From contig JBEKTB010000001.1 in the NCBI GenBank assembly GCA_049516495.1, forward strand, positions 13,508 to 77,507: DNA of 64,000 nucleotides, written 5' to 3'. Source of the stretch: Terracidiphilus sp. (GTDB lineage: Bacteria > Acidobacteriota > Terriglobia > Terriglobales > Acidobacteriaceae). Made by a program: the position numbers and the translations under genes. The notes below the pieces were generated by a model that worked only from the letters and a program-made list of their open reading frames with translations, did no database searches and was not told the origin of the DNA. Shown in pieces: positions 48,044 to 58,751 of the stretch. The first letter of the stretch is position 1; each line of letters starts with the position of its first letter.

Positions 48044-49168
48044 ATGTCAAAATATCCTTCAATGAAAACAATTCTGTTTACGATGTTGCTGGCTTTGGCG
48101 GCGGTGTCTCCAGCGCAAAAGCGACTGGTGTTGATCGATCAGGATGGCTCCGGGCCGGGCGGGTCGAACCAGATGGCGATGCTGGCGCTGCTGGAGGCGC
48201 CGCAGGTCGAGGTGCTGGGCATCACCATGGTCACCGGCAACGCCTGGCGCGACGAGGAGACGCTGCACACCCTGCGCATGCTGGAGTTGACCGGGCACGC
48301 GCATGTGCCGGTGGCCAAAGGCGCGGTGTTTCCGCTGGTGCGGACCCAGGTGGAGACGCGGCTGGCCGAGGCGCTGAACGGCAAGGTCGACTGGCTGGGC
48401 GCGTGGGGACAGGGGCCGACGGTGCTGGTGGAGACGGCCGGCGGGGTCAAGTCGGCAACTCCTGAGCATCTCGAAATGCACGGGCCTTATGAGATTCCGC
48501 CGATGCTGGAAGGGATGCCGGCGGCGAAGGCGATCGACGAGGACGCGGCGCACTTTCTCATCCGCCAGGTGCATGCGCATCCGCATGAAGTGACAATCTA
48601 CGCGGCCGGGCCGCTGACCAACATTGCGCTGGCCATCAGCATTGACCCGGAGTTTGCCGCGCTCACCAGGGGCATCGTGCTGATGGGCGGCAGCCTGAAC
48701 CCGAATACCGATGACCCGGAGTTTGCCACCAGTCCCCGGCACGAGTTCAACTTCTGGCTCGATCCCGAGGCGGCACACATTGTGTTGCGTGCGGATTGGC
48801 CGCGGGTGGACGTGACCACCGTGGATGTCTCGATCAAGGCGCCGTTCACTCAGAAGCTGGTCGACGACATCTCGAAGTCGCAGGCGCCGTCTGCCCGATA
48901 CATTGCCGCGTGGAACCAGGAGCGCTATTACATGTGGGACGAACTGGCGGCGTGCGCCTGGCTGGACCCGAAGCTGATCACGCAGGAGAAGCTGCTGTAT
49001 ATGGATGTGGACCTGAGCCATGGGCCCACGTATGGCGACACGCTGACATGGACGGAGAAGTTCAAGCCGGCCACAGGAGTGAAGCTGGTCCATGCGCAGG
49101 TGGATCTGGACCTGCCCCGGTTTCAGAAGATCTTTGTGGGTTTGATGACGGGTGCGGGCGCGCAGTAG
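48044..49168 (+). CDS. nucleoside hydrolase (IU-NH family), secreted
   Basis: Signal peptide (MKTILFTMLLALAAVSPAQ), an N-terminal Asp cluster (LVLIDQDGSGPGGSN), and the blocks ITMVTGNAW and YAAGPLTNIALA. The start could be 48044 or 48062. Confidence 0.8.
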   Translation: MSKYPSMKTILFTMLLALAAVSPAQKRLVLIDQDGSGPGGSNQMAMLALLEAPQVEVLGITMVTGNAWRDEETLHTLRMLELTGHAHVPVAKGAVFPLVRTQVETRLAEALNGKVDWLGAWGQGPTVLVETAGGVKSATPEHLEMHGPYEIPPMLEGMPAAKAIDEDAAHFLIRQVHAHPHEVTIYAAGPLTNIALAISIDPEFAALTRGIVLMGGSLNPNTDDPEFATSPRHEFNFWLDPEAAHIVLRADWPRVDVTTVDVSIKAPFTQKLVDDISKSQAPSARYIAAWNQERYYMWDELAACAWLDPKLITQEKLLYMDVDLSHGPTYGDTLTWTEKFKPATGVKLVHAQVDLDLPRFQKIFVGLMTGAGAQ

Positions 49169-49371
49169 CGGGGACTGCTGGCATGCAGGATAACGAGCAC
49201 TGTAGGCGGTCGCGTCGTCAAGACGCAATCGGGGCCTCGATACGAGGGGCACTCCGTCGGGTTTTCTCGGCGCCTGCACCCCGCCAGGCCGCACGCACGG
49301 CCCGGTCGGAGTTCAATCGAATTGTGTGCGGGACGCCCGTGCGGCTGGGATGATTCGTGGGCTGACCTGCC

Positions 49372-49521
49372 TCAGAGAACGCCGCGTCGTCCCGTCACCA
49401 GGTTGATGACCAGGATGATCACGGCTAACACCAGCAGGAGGTGAATCAGGCTGCCGGCAATATGAAAGCTGAAGCCCAGCAGCCACAGGATCAGAACGAT
49501 GACAAAGATTGTCCAAAGCAT
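49372..49521 (-). CDS. lmo0937-family small membrane protein (49 aa)
   Basis: Not in the ORF track (<60 aa). AAGGAG-tatcc-ATG (ATG at 49519-49521). The translation MLWTIFVIVLILWLLGFSFHIAGSLIHLLLVLAVIILVINLVTGRRGVL matches the stereotyped two-TM lmo0937 pattern (LW.I..IL.ILW..G......G.LIHLLLV.A.I....N....RR). Confidence 0.7.
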   Translation of the reverse strand: MLWTIFVIVLILWLLGFSFHIAGSLIHLLLVLAVIILVINLVTGRRGVL

Positions 49522-49600
49522 GGATACTCCTTTCCACACGACGAGCGTCCGGACGGTGAAGCCTTCCCGGTCCGCCCTGCATTCGCTTGTGGATTACCAG

Positions 49601-50296
49601 CTACCGGTTAGCGGCGCGGGATTGCGCTTTTGCATCTCTGACCGCATTGAGAAACGGAAGTGCGGCCGCAGGCGTCTCGACTTCGCCCAACAGGACGCGG
49701 TGCGTCGAAACGTCATGCCCGTAGAAGGCATCCATGGAATCGTTGTCGCGGCGAACATCGGCCCCGCTCAAGGTGAGCCCGGCGAACGCGCCCTTGGCCC
49801 GCGAGTAGGTGAGTACTTCGGTGCTCAGCTTCCAATCGGAATCGGCGGAAGCGTGGCGTCCAACCGGTCCGGCTGCCGCTGAAGCATCCCCGCCGATTTG
49901 AAACTTGGCCGTTTCCAGGCGCTGCATTCCCTTGTCGCCCTGAAAAATCATGACCAGGTCCACGCCCTCGACGCCGATCTGCAATCCCCAGCTGCCGCCG
50001 GTGATCGCGAAGAAGGCCGGCGCGCTCCAGCCATTGGCGGTCCGGCATGTGGCCAGACCTTTGCCATTCTCCGCTCCAAACACGAAGCCGCCCTTGATCA
50101 TGTGGGGCACCACGGCAATACATTTTGCGTGATCCAATACTTCGTCCGGGATGCCTTTATCCGGCGCGGCCATCACTTCGTGCAGGACCGCGGCTGCGGC
50201 GTCCACCCGGTTTTGCACCTCTTCGCGAGTTTCCGCCAAGGCTGCGCTTGCTACGCCCAGACTCAGCAAGGTTACCAACATCACAATTTTCTTCAT
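49601..50296 (-). CDS. SYLF (DUF500/Ysc84-like) lipid-binding domain protein, secreted
   Basis: Signal peptide MKKIVMLVTLLSLGVASAALA. SYLF blocks are present: AKCIAVVPHMIKGGFVFGAENGKGLATCR, WSAPAFFAITGGSWGLQIG, FQIGGDASAAAGPVGR, LTYSRAKGAFAGLTLSG. ATG at 50296 follows AAGGTGG. Confidence 0.8.
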   Translation of the reverse strand: MKKIVMLVTLLSLGVASAALAETREEVQNRVDAAAAVLHEVMAAPDKGIPDEVLDHAKCIAVVPHMIKGGFVFGAENGKGLATCRTANGWSAPAFFAITGGSWGLQIGVEGVDLVMIFQGDKGMQRLETAKFQIGGDASAAAGPVGRHASADSDWKLSTEVLTYSRAKGAFAGLTLSGADVRRDNDSMDAFYGHDVSTHRVLLGEVETPAAALPFLNAVRDAKAQSRAANR

Positions 50297-50715
50297 GTAT
50301 CCCACCTTTTCTGCCCATTGCGCCGCGTCCGTCGCGGCCCGCGCAATTGCGATTCATGAGGCACTTTCACTTTAGTTGGATGGCTTTCGGCGCGTCTGAG
50401 CAACATCGCTCAGAGCAAAACGTGGACCAAAACGGTCCGTCCCTGCGAAAATCCGCCGAAAAGTGGTCACAATTGCACAGACTGGACCCGGCGGCTCTCT
50501 CGAAAATCTGTCCAGTGCAGGCCGACTGGATTTCCCCAAGAACGTTCCGTCGGTATTTGCACTTGCACGGGGCCCCCCGCAATACAGGGTGCTGACAATC
50601 TCTGATGAGTCTGCACTCGTCGCTGCACTTCCTCTCTTCCACAGAGAGTGATGCGTTCCGAGACTCTTAATCAACTTGTGAAGTTAAGGCTGTTACCGGA
50701 ACGAGGTGCATTCCG

Positions 50716-51483
50716 ATGACTCAACTTGTTGACCGTCCAGTCTTTGATGCCGTCACTTACCTCGCAACCGCTGGTCCTGGGCGCAGATTCGTCCAGTTGG
50801 CGCCCAAACAGACCATTTTCTTGCAGGGAGACCCAGCCGACTCGGTCTTCTATCTGCAAAGAGGCCGCGTAAAAATCACTGTCGTTTCCTCGGCCGGCAA
50901 GGAGGCGACCATCATGCTGCTATCTTCCGGCGAGTTCCTGGGAGAAAGCGCTTTGGGTGAGGGCGCTGGAGTGCGCCTGTCCACAGCCACGGCGCTTACC
51001 GCCTGCACCGCCCTGAAAATAAAGCGGGAAGAGATGCTCCGCGTCATGCGCGAGGAGCATGCCTTCTCCGAAATGTTCTTGAAGTTCCTGCTGGCGCGAT
51101 GCCTACGCACGCAGTCCGATCTGGTCGACCAGCTCTTCAACTCTTGCGAAAAGCGCCTGGCGAGGATTCTCCTGTTGATGGCGGAATTCGGCGAGCCGGG
51201 CGAATTGAAGACCGTCATTCCCAAGGTCTCGCAGGAGACCCTGGCCGAGATGATCGGCGCCACCCGTTCCCGCGTCAGTTTTTTCATGAACCGCTTCCGC
51301 AAGCTGGGTTTCATCGAGTACAACGGCCGTATCCAGGTACACAATTCGCTGCTCAATGTCGTCCTGAACGATCAACTGCCGGACGACGATGCACCCGCAA
51401 GGCTGCCTGTTCCGGCGTTTGCCCGACACGGGCAGCCAATCGAGAACCGTCAGGAACGGTTCGCCTCGCCGGATATCAACTGA
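50716..51483 (+). CDS. Crp/Fnr family transcriptional regulator
   Basis: cNMP-binding domain (IFLQGDPADSVFYLQRGRVKITVVSSAGKEATIMLLSSGEFLGESAL) and a C-terminal HTH (SQETLAEMIGATRSRVSFFMNRFRKLGFIEY). A GAGGTG SD is present. Confidence 0.9.
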   Translation: MTQLVDRPVFDAVTYLATAGPGRRFVQLAPKQTIFLQGDPADSVFYLQRGRVKITVVSSAGKEATIMLLSSGEFLGESALGEGAGVRLSTATALTACTALKIKREEMLRVMREEHAFSEMFLKFLLARCLRTQSDLVDQLFNSCEKRLARILLLMAEFGEPGELKTVIPKVSQETLAEMIGATRSRVSFFMNRFRKLGFIEYNGRIQVHNSLLNVVLNDQLPDDDAPARLPVPAFARHGQPIENRQERFASPDIN

Positions 51484-51675
51484 ACGCTGCCAAGAGCGTG
51501 CGGACAAGAGCGGGTGGATTGGACTCCCGGAACAGCGGTCCGCCCGCAGAATTTCCGATGATCGGAGTCGCCGGGAAGCTCGAGAAGGATACCGATCTTC
51601 ATCGATGTTCTGGATGTATTCCACATTGCGATACCGCAGCGGCGGGCCAATTGTATCTAATCTAGGAGCAACTGA

Positions 51676-51705
51676 TTGATATAAATATAGTTAGTACGAT
51701 ATGAA
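51676..51705 (+). promoter_or_regulatory. putative sigma70-type promoter of conserved element B
   Basis: TTGATA (51676-51681), 18-nt spacer, TATGAA (51700-51705), then 5 nt to GTGCTAT. Same geometry as 12197-12226, and also in a local AT-rich patch. Confidence 0.45.
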
Positions 51706-51710
51706 CCTTG

Positions 51711-51861
51711 GTGCTATACAAGTGTTACCTGTGGATAGGGGGTAGGGGGGGGCGGATTGGTACGGACCGGTCACATACCTGATAGACCGGACTGGCATCC
51801 CGGAACATGCAGTTCGCCCTCCATGGTCCATTCTGCGCCGGGGTGGCCCTTATTTATGCAA
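51711..51861 (+). ncRNA. candidate structured RNA or conserved 5' leader, copy B (family unidentified)
   Basis: About 151 nt homologous to 12232-12390 (block list in the findings). A minus-strand TGA (51771-51773) falls inside the conserved block, and no plus-strand ORF is present. Confidence 0.45.
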
Positions 51862-52088
51862 GGGTCCGTGGGGGACGACCCGGTAATCGGCTTATGAGAC
51901 CAGACCCTAGACAAACCCACGAATGTGCTCTGCGTTGGGAACGCCGGACATGAGTTGAGATTCACTGAACCGACTCCATCCAGGAATCTTGTACAGCTTC
52001 CATGACGGGCCGGCGCCCTAAATTCGGCGGTCAACAGGATTGGTTTCGCTTCGTCTAACGAAGTGAGAGTGTGTACACTTTGAACGCT

Positions 52089-53231
52089 ATGCGAATCAGC
52101 CCTGCTTTTTGCCTTGCAGTTCCGATGCTGGCCCTTATCTGCCTTCCCGCCACCACCCCGGCCCAACAGCCTGCCTCCCAGCAGCCGGCAGCGACGCTGA
52201 AGGTGCAGGTCAACGAGGTCATTCTGCCCGTCACGGTGCGCGACAAGAAGGGCGCCCTGGTGACCACCCTGCAGAAGAGCGACTTCACCCTCTCCGAGGA
52301 TGGACGTCCGCAGACCATCAAGAGCTTTACCCACCAGTCCAACCTGCCCTACCGGCTGGGCCTCCTGGTGGATACCAGCCGCAGCGTCTCCGGCGCAATG
52401 GAAAATGAGCGCAAGGCTGCAGGCAAGTTTGTGGACACCATGCTGCCTGAGAAGCCGAACGCCACTCCGGATCAGGCCTTCCTTATCCATTTCGATCGCG
52501 AAGTTGAATTGCTCGAGGACTTCACTGCGTCCCGCGACAAGCTGCACAGGGAACTGGACGACATGGGTCCCACGCGCGGGCAGAATTCGAACCAGGGACC
52601 GGAGACCAGCGGGGACGAACGCGGCAGCGGCCAATCCCACGGACGGGGCGGTACGCAGCTCTACGATGCGATTCTTCTGGCCTCGGATGAACTGATGAAG
52701 CCAAAGGACGGCCGCAAGGCGCTGGTCGTTTTCTCCGACGGTGTCGACCGCGGCAGCAAGGATACGCTCAACGACGCGGTGGATGCGGCGGACCGGGCCA
52801 ATCTGGCGGTTTATACCATCTACTTCAAAGGAGAGCAGGAGCGTCCCGAAGGCAGCTTTCCCGGTGGTGGTGGACGTCACGGCGGCATGGGTGGCGGAGG
52901 CTATCCCGGCGGTGGCGGCGGGTACCCGGGAGGTGGTGGTGGACGACGCGGTGGGGGTTCCAGCGAGCCTTCGGTGGACGGCAAGAAGATCATGGAAAAG
53001 ATTGCCGAGCGCACCGGCGGCCGCTACTTCGAGGCCAAAAAGAAGGACAACCTCGAAGAGATTTACGGCCAGATCGCCGAAGAACTGCGCGGCCAGTACC
53101 TGCTGACGTACACCCCGGATGTGGTGGACAAGGAAGGCGGCTTTCACAAAGTCGCCCTCAAGGCCAACAAGGACGACCTGACTGTGGTCACGCGGGAAGG
53201 GTACTACGCACCGGGAGGGGAAGCGAAGTAA
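52089..53231 (+). CDS. VWA domain protein of the VWFA-related Acidobacterial type, secreted
   Basis: Leader MRISPAFCLAVPMLALICLPATTPAQQ. The N-terminal pattern VNEVILPVTVRDKKGALVTTLQKSDFTLSEDGRPQTIKSF is typical of this family. A VWA core is present (LLVDTSRSVSG...ALVVFSDGVDRGS). The start is 52089 (ATG) or 52071 (GTG). Confidence 0.8.
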   Translation: MRISPAFCLAVPMLALICLPATTPAQQPASQQPAATLKVQVNEVILPVTVRDKKGALVTTLQKSDFTLSEDGRPQTIKSFTHQSNLPYRLGLLVDTSRSVSGAMENERKAAGKFVDTMLPEKPNATPDQAFLIHFDREVELLEDFTASRDKLHRELDDMGPTRGQNSNQGPETSGDERGSGQSHGRGGTQLYDAILLASDELMKPKDGRKALVVFSDGVDRGSKDTLNDAVDAADRANLAVYTIYFKGEQERPEGSFPGGGGRHGGMGGGGYPGGGGGYPGGGGGRRGGGSSEPSVDGKKIMEKIAERTGGRYFEAKKKDNLEEIYGQIAEELRGQYLLTYTPDVVDKEGGFHKVALKANKDDLTVVTREGYYAPGGEAK

Positions 53232-53278
53232 GAGCATTCCCGTTGCTTTTGCCGCAACGCCGCTGAGGCTTCTAACTT

Positions 53279-53313
53279 CCCAGGTCTCAAAATCGAGACC
53301 TGGGGCACCCTGG
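53279..53313 (-). repeat. GGGTGCCCC-flanked hairpin repeat (REP-like), copy 1
   Basis: CCCAGGTCTC (53279-53288), loop AAAATC, GAGACCTGGG (53295-53304), then GCACCCTGG. Read on the minus strand this is CCAGGGTGCCCCAGGTCTC... Confidence 0.7.
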
Positions 53314-53548
53314 CGTTTCTTCCCCGGCGATCTATACAGGGCCAAACCCTATTCAACAAAAGCCTTGTACTGTCTGCCTCGTCAGTTCAACCCCCTCTGC
53401 TCAACTCCCTCGTGCAACAGCAAACGCCCAGGACTCATCCCAAGCTGAGTAAACCTGCGTGGAAACGCAGGGAGTTTTTCGTGGACCGGTTGAAATGCGA
53501 TTGATCTGAGCCACCGGTCCCCGATCAATGCTGAAGCAGGAGATGGTT

Positions 53549-54130
53549 ATGAGTCTTGACTTTAACGACCCCGCTGTCTGGATCACCGCGCTGGTGATCG
53601 TTCTGGTCATTGTTGTTGGAATCGTTTTGCTCGTTGCAACCCGGCGCAAAAGAAAGACTGCGGAACTGCGCAGACGATTCGGTTCCGAGTACGATCTGTG
53701 TCTTCGCGAAGATGGGAGCAGGCGCAAGGCTGAGGCGCGACTCCTCGCTCGCGTCCGTCGCATGGAAAGACTGAAAATTCGCAGCCTCACCCCGGCGGAA
53801 CTCGACCGCTACCGGGCCGATTGGGAGATGCTGCAATCGCGCTTTGTTGACCACCCCAGGGCCGCGGTGACGGAAGCCGACGATCTGGTCATTGCGTTAA
53901 TGCAGACCCGCGGCTTTCCGGTGGGAGACTTTGATCAGCGCGCGGCGGACCTCTCCGTGGATCATGCGCGCCTGGTGCAGTCTTACCGCTCGGCGAACGC
54001 AATTATCCTGCGCGTCGGCGCCAACCAGTCGACCACGGAAGAGCTGCGAACCGCGATGATTCATTACCGCGCCATGCTCGATGAACTGCTCGAAGTCAAA
54101 ACCCCGATCGAGCAGCGCACCCTGGTTTAG
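53549..54130 (+). CDS. hypothetical membrane-anchored protein
   Basis: AGGAG lies 6 nt before the ATG at 53549. There is an N-terminal TM segment (VWITALVIVLVIVVGIVLLVA), a basic stretch RRKRK, then a helical soluble domain. I recognise no family. Confidence 0.55.
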   Translation: MSLDFNDPAVWITALVIVLVIVVGIVLLVATRRKRKTAELRRRFGSEYDLCLREDGSRRKAEARLLARVRRMERLKIRSLTPAELDRYRADWEMLQSRFVDHPRAAVTEADDLVIALMQTRGFPVGDFDQRAADLSVDHARLVQSYRSANAIILRVGANQSTTEELRTAMIHYRAMLDELLEVKTPIEQRTLV

Positions 54131-54179
54131 CCTTCCAACCTCGACCCACGGCCACTGTATCAGGAGCCCTAGAGGACCC

Positions 54180-55022
54180 ATGCTGATCCGACTCGGCTAC
54201 GAAATCGAATTCGAATCTCCGGTCCCGGTGGCTATGGTGGCGCTGCTTAGCGTCCATCCATCGCGGGTCCCCGATCTGTTGGAGCCGGACGAAGTGCGCA
54301 CTGAGCCGGACATTGAAACGTCCAGCTATATCGACGGTTTCGGAAACCGCTGCACGCGCTTCGTTGCACCTGCGGGGCGGCTCAGGTTGCGTTGCTCCAC
54401 CCTGGTCCGCGACTCGGGCGAGCCCGACCGCGTGAATCCGAATGCCCGGGCGCTCCCCGTGGGCGAACTACCCCATGAAGCCCTCACCTACCTGCTGAGC
54501 AGCCGCTATTGCGAGGTGGATCGCTTGTCCAACATTGCCTTTGAATTGTTCGGCAGCATCCCGCCCGGATGGAGCCGCGTGAAGGCCATTTGCGACTGGG
54601 TTCACAACAAGGTCGCCTTCGATTACAGCCAGGCGCGGCCCACCAAGACTGCCATGGATGTGTTGACCGAGCGCGTGGGCGTCTGCCGTGATTTTCAACA
54701 TCTGGCCATCACCTTCTGCCGCGCGCTCAACATCCCGGCGCGTTACGCAACCGGCTATCTGGGCGATATCGGAGTGGCGCCGTCGAGCCTGCCCATGGAT
54801 TTCAGCGCCTGGTTTGAAGCCTACCTGGACCGGCGCTGGTGGACGTTTGATGCCCGCCACAATGTGCCTCGCATTGGTCGGGTGCTGATGGCCACGGGCC
54901 GCGACGCCTCCGATGTGGCCCTCACAACCTCGTTCGGACAGGCGGACCTGCGCCATTTCTTCGTGGTGACGGAAGAGGAAGTCGCCGCCGTCCCAAAGCT
55001 GCCGGCGCTGGAAACCATGTAA
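54180..55022 (+). CDS. transglutaminase-like family protein (Bact_transglu_N + transglutaminase core)
   Basis: MLIRLGYEIEFESPVPVAMVALLSVHPS is a Bact_transglu_N-style start. The core carries a catalytic Cys (ERVGVCRDFQHLAITFCRALNIPARYATGY) plus a downstream H/D (FDARHN). ATG at 54180 follows AGAGGA. Confidence 0.8.
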   Translation: MLIRLGYEIEFESPVPVAMVALLSVHPSRVPDLLEPDEVRTEPDIETSSYIDGFGNRCTRFVAPAGRLRLRCSTLVRDSGEPDRVNPNARALPVGELPHEALTYLLSSRYCEVDRLSNIAFELFGSIPPGWSRVKAICDWVHNKVAFDYSQARPTKTAMDVLTERVGVCRDFQHLAITFCRALNIPARYATGYLGDIGVAPSSLPMDFSAWFEAYLDRRWWTFDARHNVPRIGRVLMATGRDASDVALTTSFGQADLRHFFVVTEEEVAAVPKLPALETM

Positions 55023-55089
55023 GGGCCAACTTTTGCCTCGCCGCCCGAACCAATGCAGCCTTGCAACGCCGCAGAAGAGGGGCCAGACG

Positions 55090-55125
55090 CAGCAAGGGCG
55101 CAGCCGAAAGGCTGCGCCCTTGCTG
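55090..55125. terminator. perfect 16-bp hairpin with GAAA loop between convergent genes (bidirectional terminator candidate)
   Basis: CAGCAAGGGCGCAGCC-GAAA-GGCTGCGCCCTTGCTG lies between the transglutaminase stop (55022) and the ppdK stop (55145). There is no clear U-tract on either side. Confidence 0.55.
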
Positions 55126-55144
55126 GTTAACCGGTTGGGATCGG

Positions 55145-57886
<2,742 letters not shown>

Positions 57887-58200
57887 GGGGTAAAGCCTCC
57901 GTATATGGGATTCCGCGACTGCGGTCCACATGAGAGGGTGCGGGTACGGAGGCTCAGCGCTTCAACAATCAATGCGTTTTACGTGGCTGAGCGCGTGCGA
58001 GTCATCCAGACAGCCGACTGCGTCTCGCGGCATTCGTAATGCGCAAGTACAAATATCGCCCCAAGTATACAGTTGCCTGTGCTGAAGGTCACATACGATT
58101 TGCATTGCCTTGGCGTCCCGTACTAACGTCGCGCGGGGATTGCCGCAATCCGAGACGAAACCCGCGCCAGGACGAGCGTTCGGGCGACTCGGGGCCGGTT

Positions 58201-58554
58201 TCAGGCCGCGGATTGCGCGCAGCAGGAGCCGGATTGTGAATTGCGGTTCATATGGTGGGACACCAGAATCCCCTCCAATCCCACCAGCGCCAAAATCTCA
58301 TCCACCCGCGGCGAAGGGTTCGATACGGTAAAACGATGGCCGGCATCGTGCGCGCTGGCATAAAGCGAAATCAGCGCAGCGATTCCGGCCGCGTCGATGC
58401 GCTCGACCAAACCCAGGTCGAGGGTTACGCTTTGCCGGCGGACCACCGGGGCGAGCCGTGCAATCAGAAGCTGATCCTGGCCCCTCACCAGTTCCGTGAG
58501 CTCGCCAGTTGAGATGAAGGCCGTTTCCATCGGGTTAAGAATTGTGCTGCACAT
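58201..58554 (-). CDS. STAS domain protein (anti-sigma-factor antagonist-like)
   Basis: 117 aa, with LDLGLVERIDAAGIAALISLYASAHDAGHRFTVSNPSPRVDEILALVGL fitting the SpoIIAA/STAS pattern. ATG at 58554 follows GGAGG at 8-nt spacing. Confidence 0.7.
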   Translation of the reverse strand: MCSTILNPMETAFISTGELTELVRGQDQLLIARLAPVVRRQSVTLDLGLVERIDAAGIAALISLYASAHDAGHRFTVSNPSPRVDEILALVGLEGILVSHHMNRNSQSGSCCAQSAA

Positions 58555-58751
58555 GAGAAAACCTCCGCTGGGAAAGCTGGTTGGTGTCCTGGAGCCGGCC
58601 CGTTTCGGATCCTGCTCCACACGGTGATAAAGGAGCACGCGGCGAGCCAAAGCGACAGAGGCTGAAATTTGCTGAAACCGCGAGGGATACAAGCATTTTC
58701 GGGAAGAGAGCCGGGGACCCGGGTGTTCATTTGCGCTTTCAGCGTCCGCAG

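Noticed and set aside
48059-49294. 411-aa minus-strand ORF
   Set aside because: It is antisense to the nucleoside hydrolase gene. It is Arg/His/Pro-rich with no motifs.
51793-51811. Sigma54-like TGGCAT...ATGCA within element B
   Set aside because: The GG-to-GC spacing is 13 nt instead of the required 10, and the motif is not conserved in copy A.
51771-53345. 524-aa minus-strand ORF
   Set aside because: It is antisense to the VWA gene. Its N-terminus (..GAPGLDFETWE..) is simply the translation of the hairpin repeat at 53279-53313, and its C-terminus runs into conserved element B.
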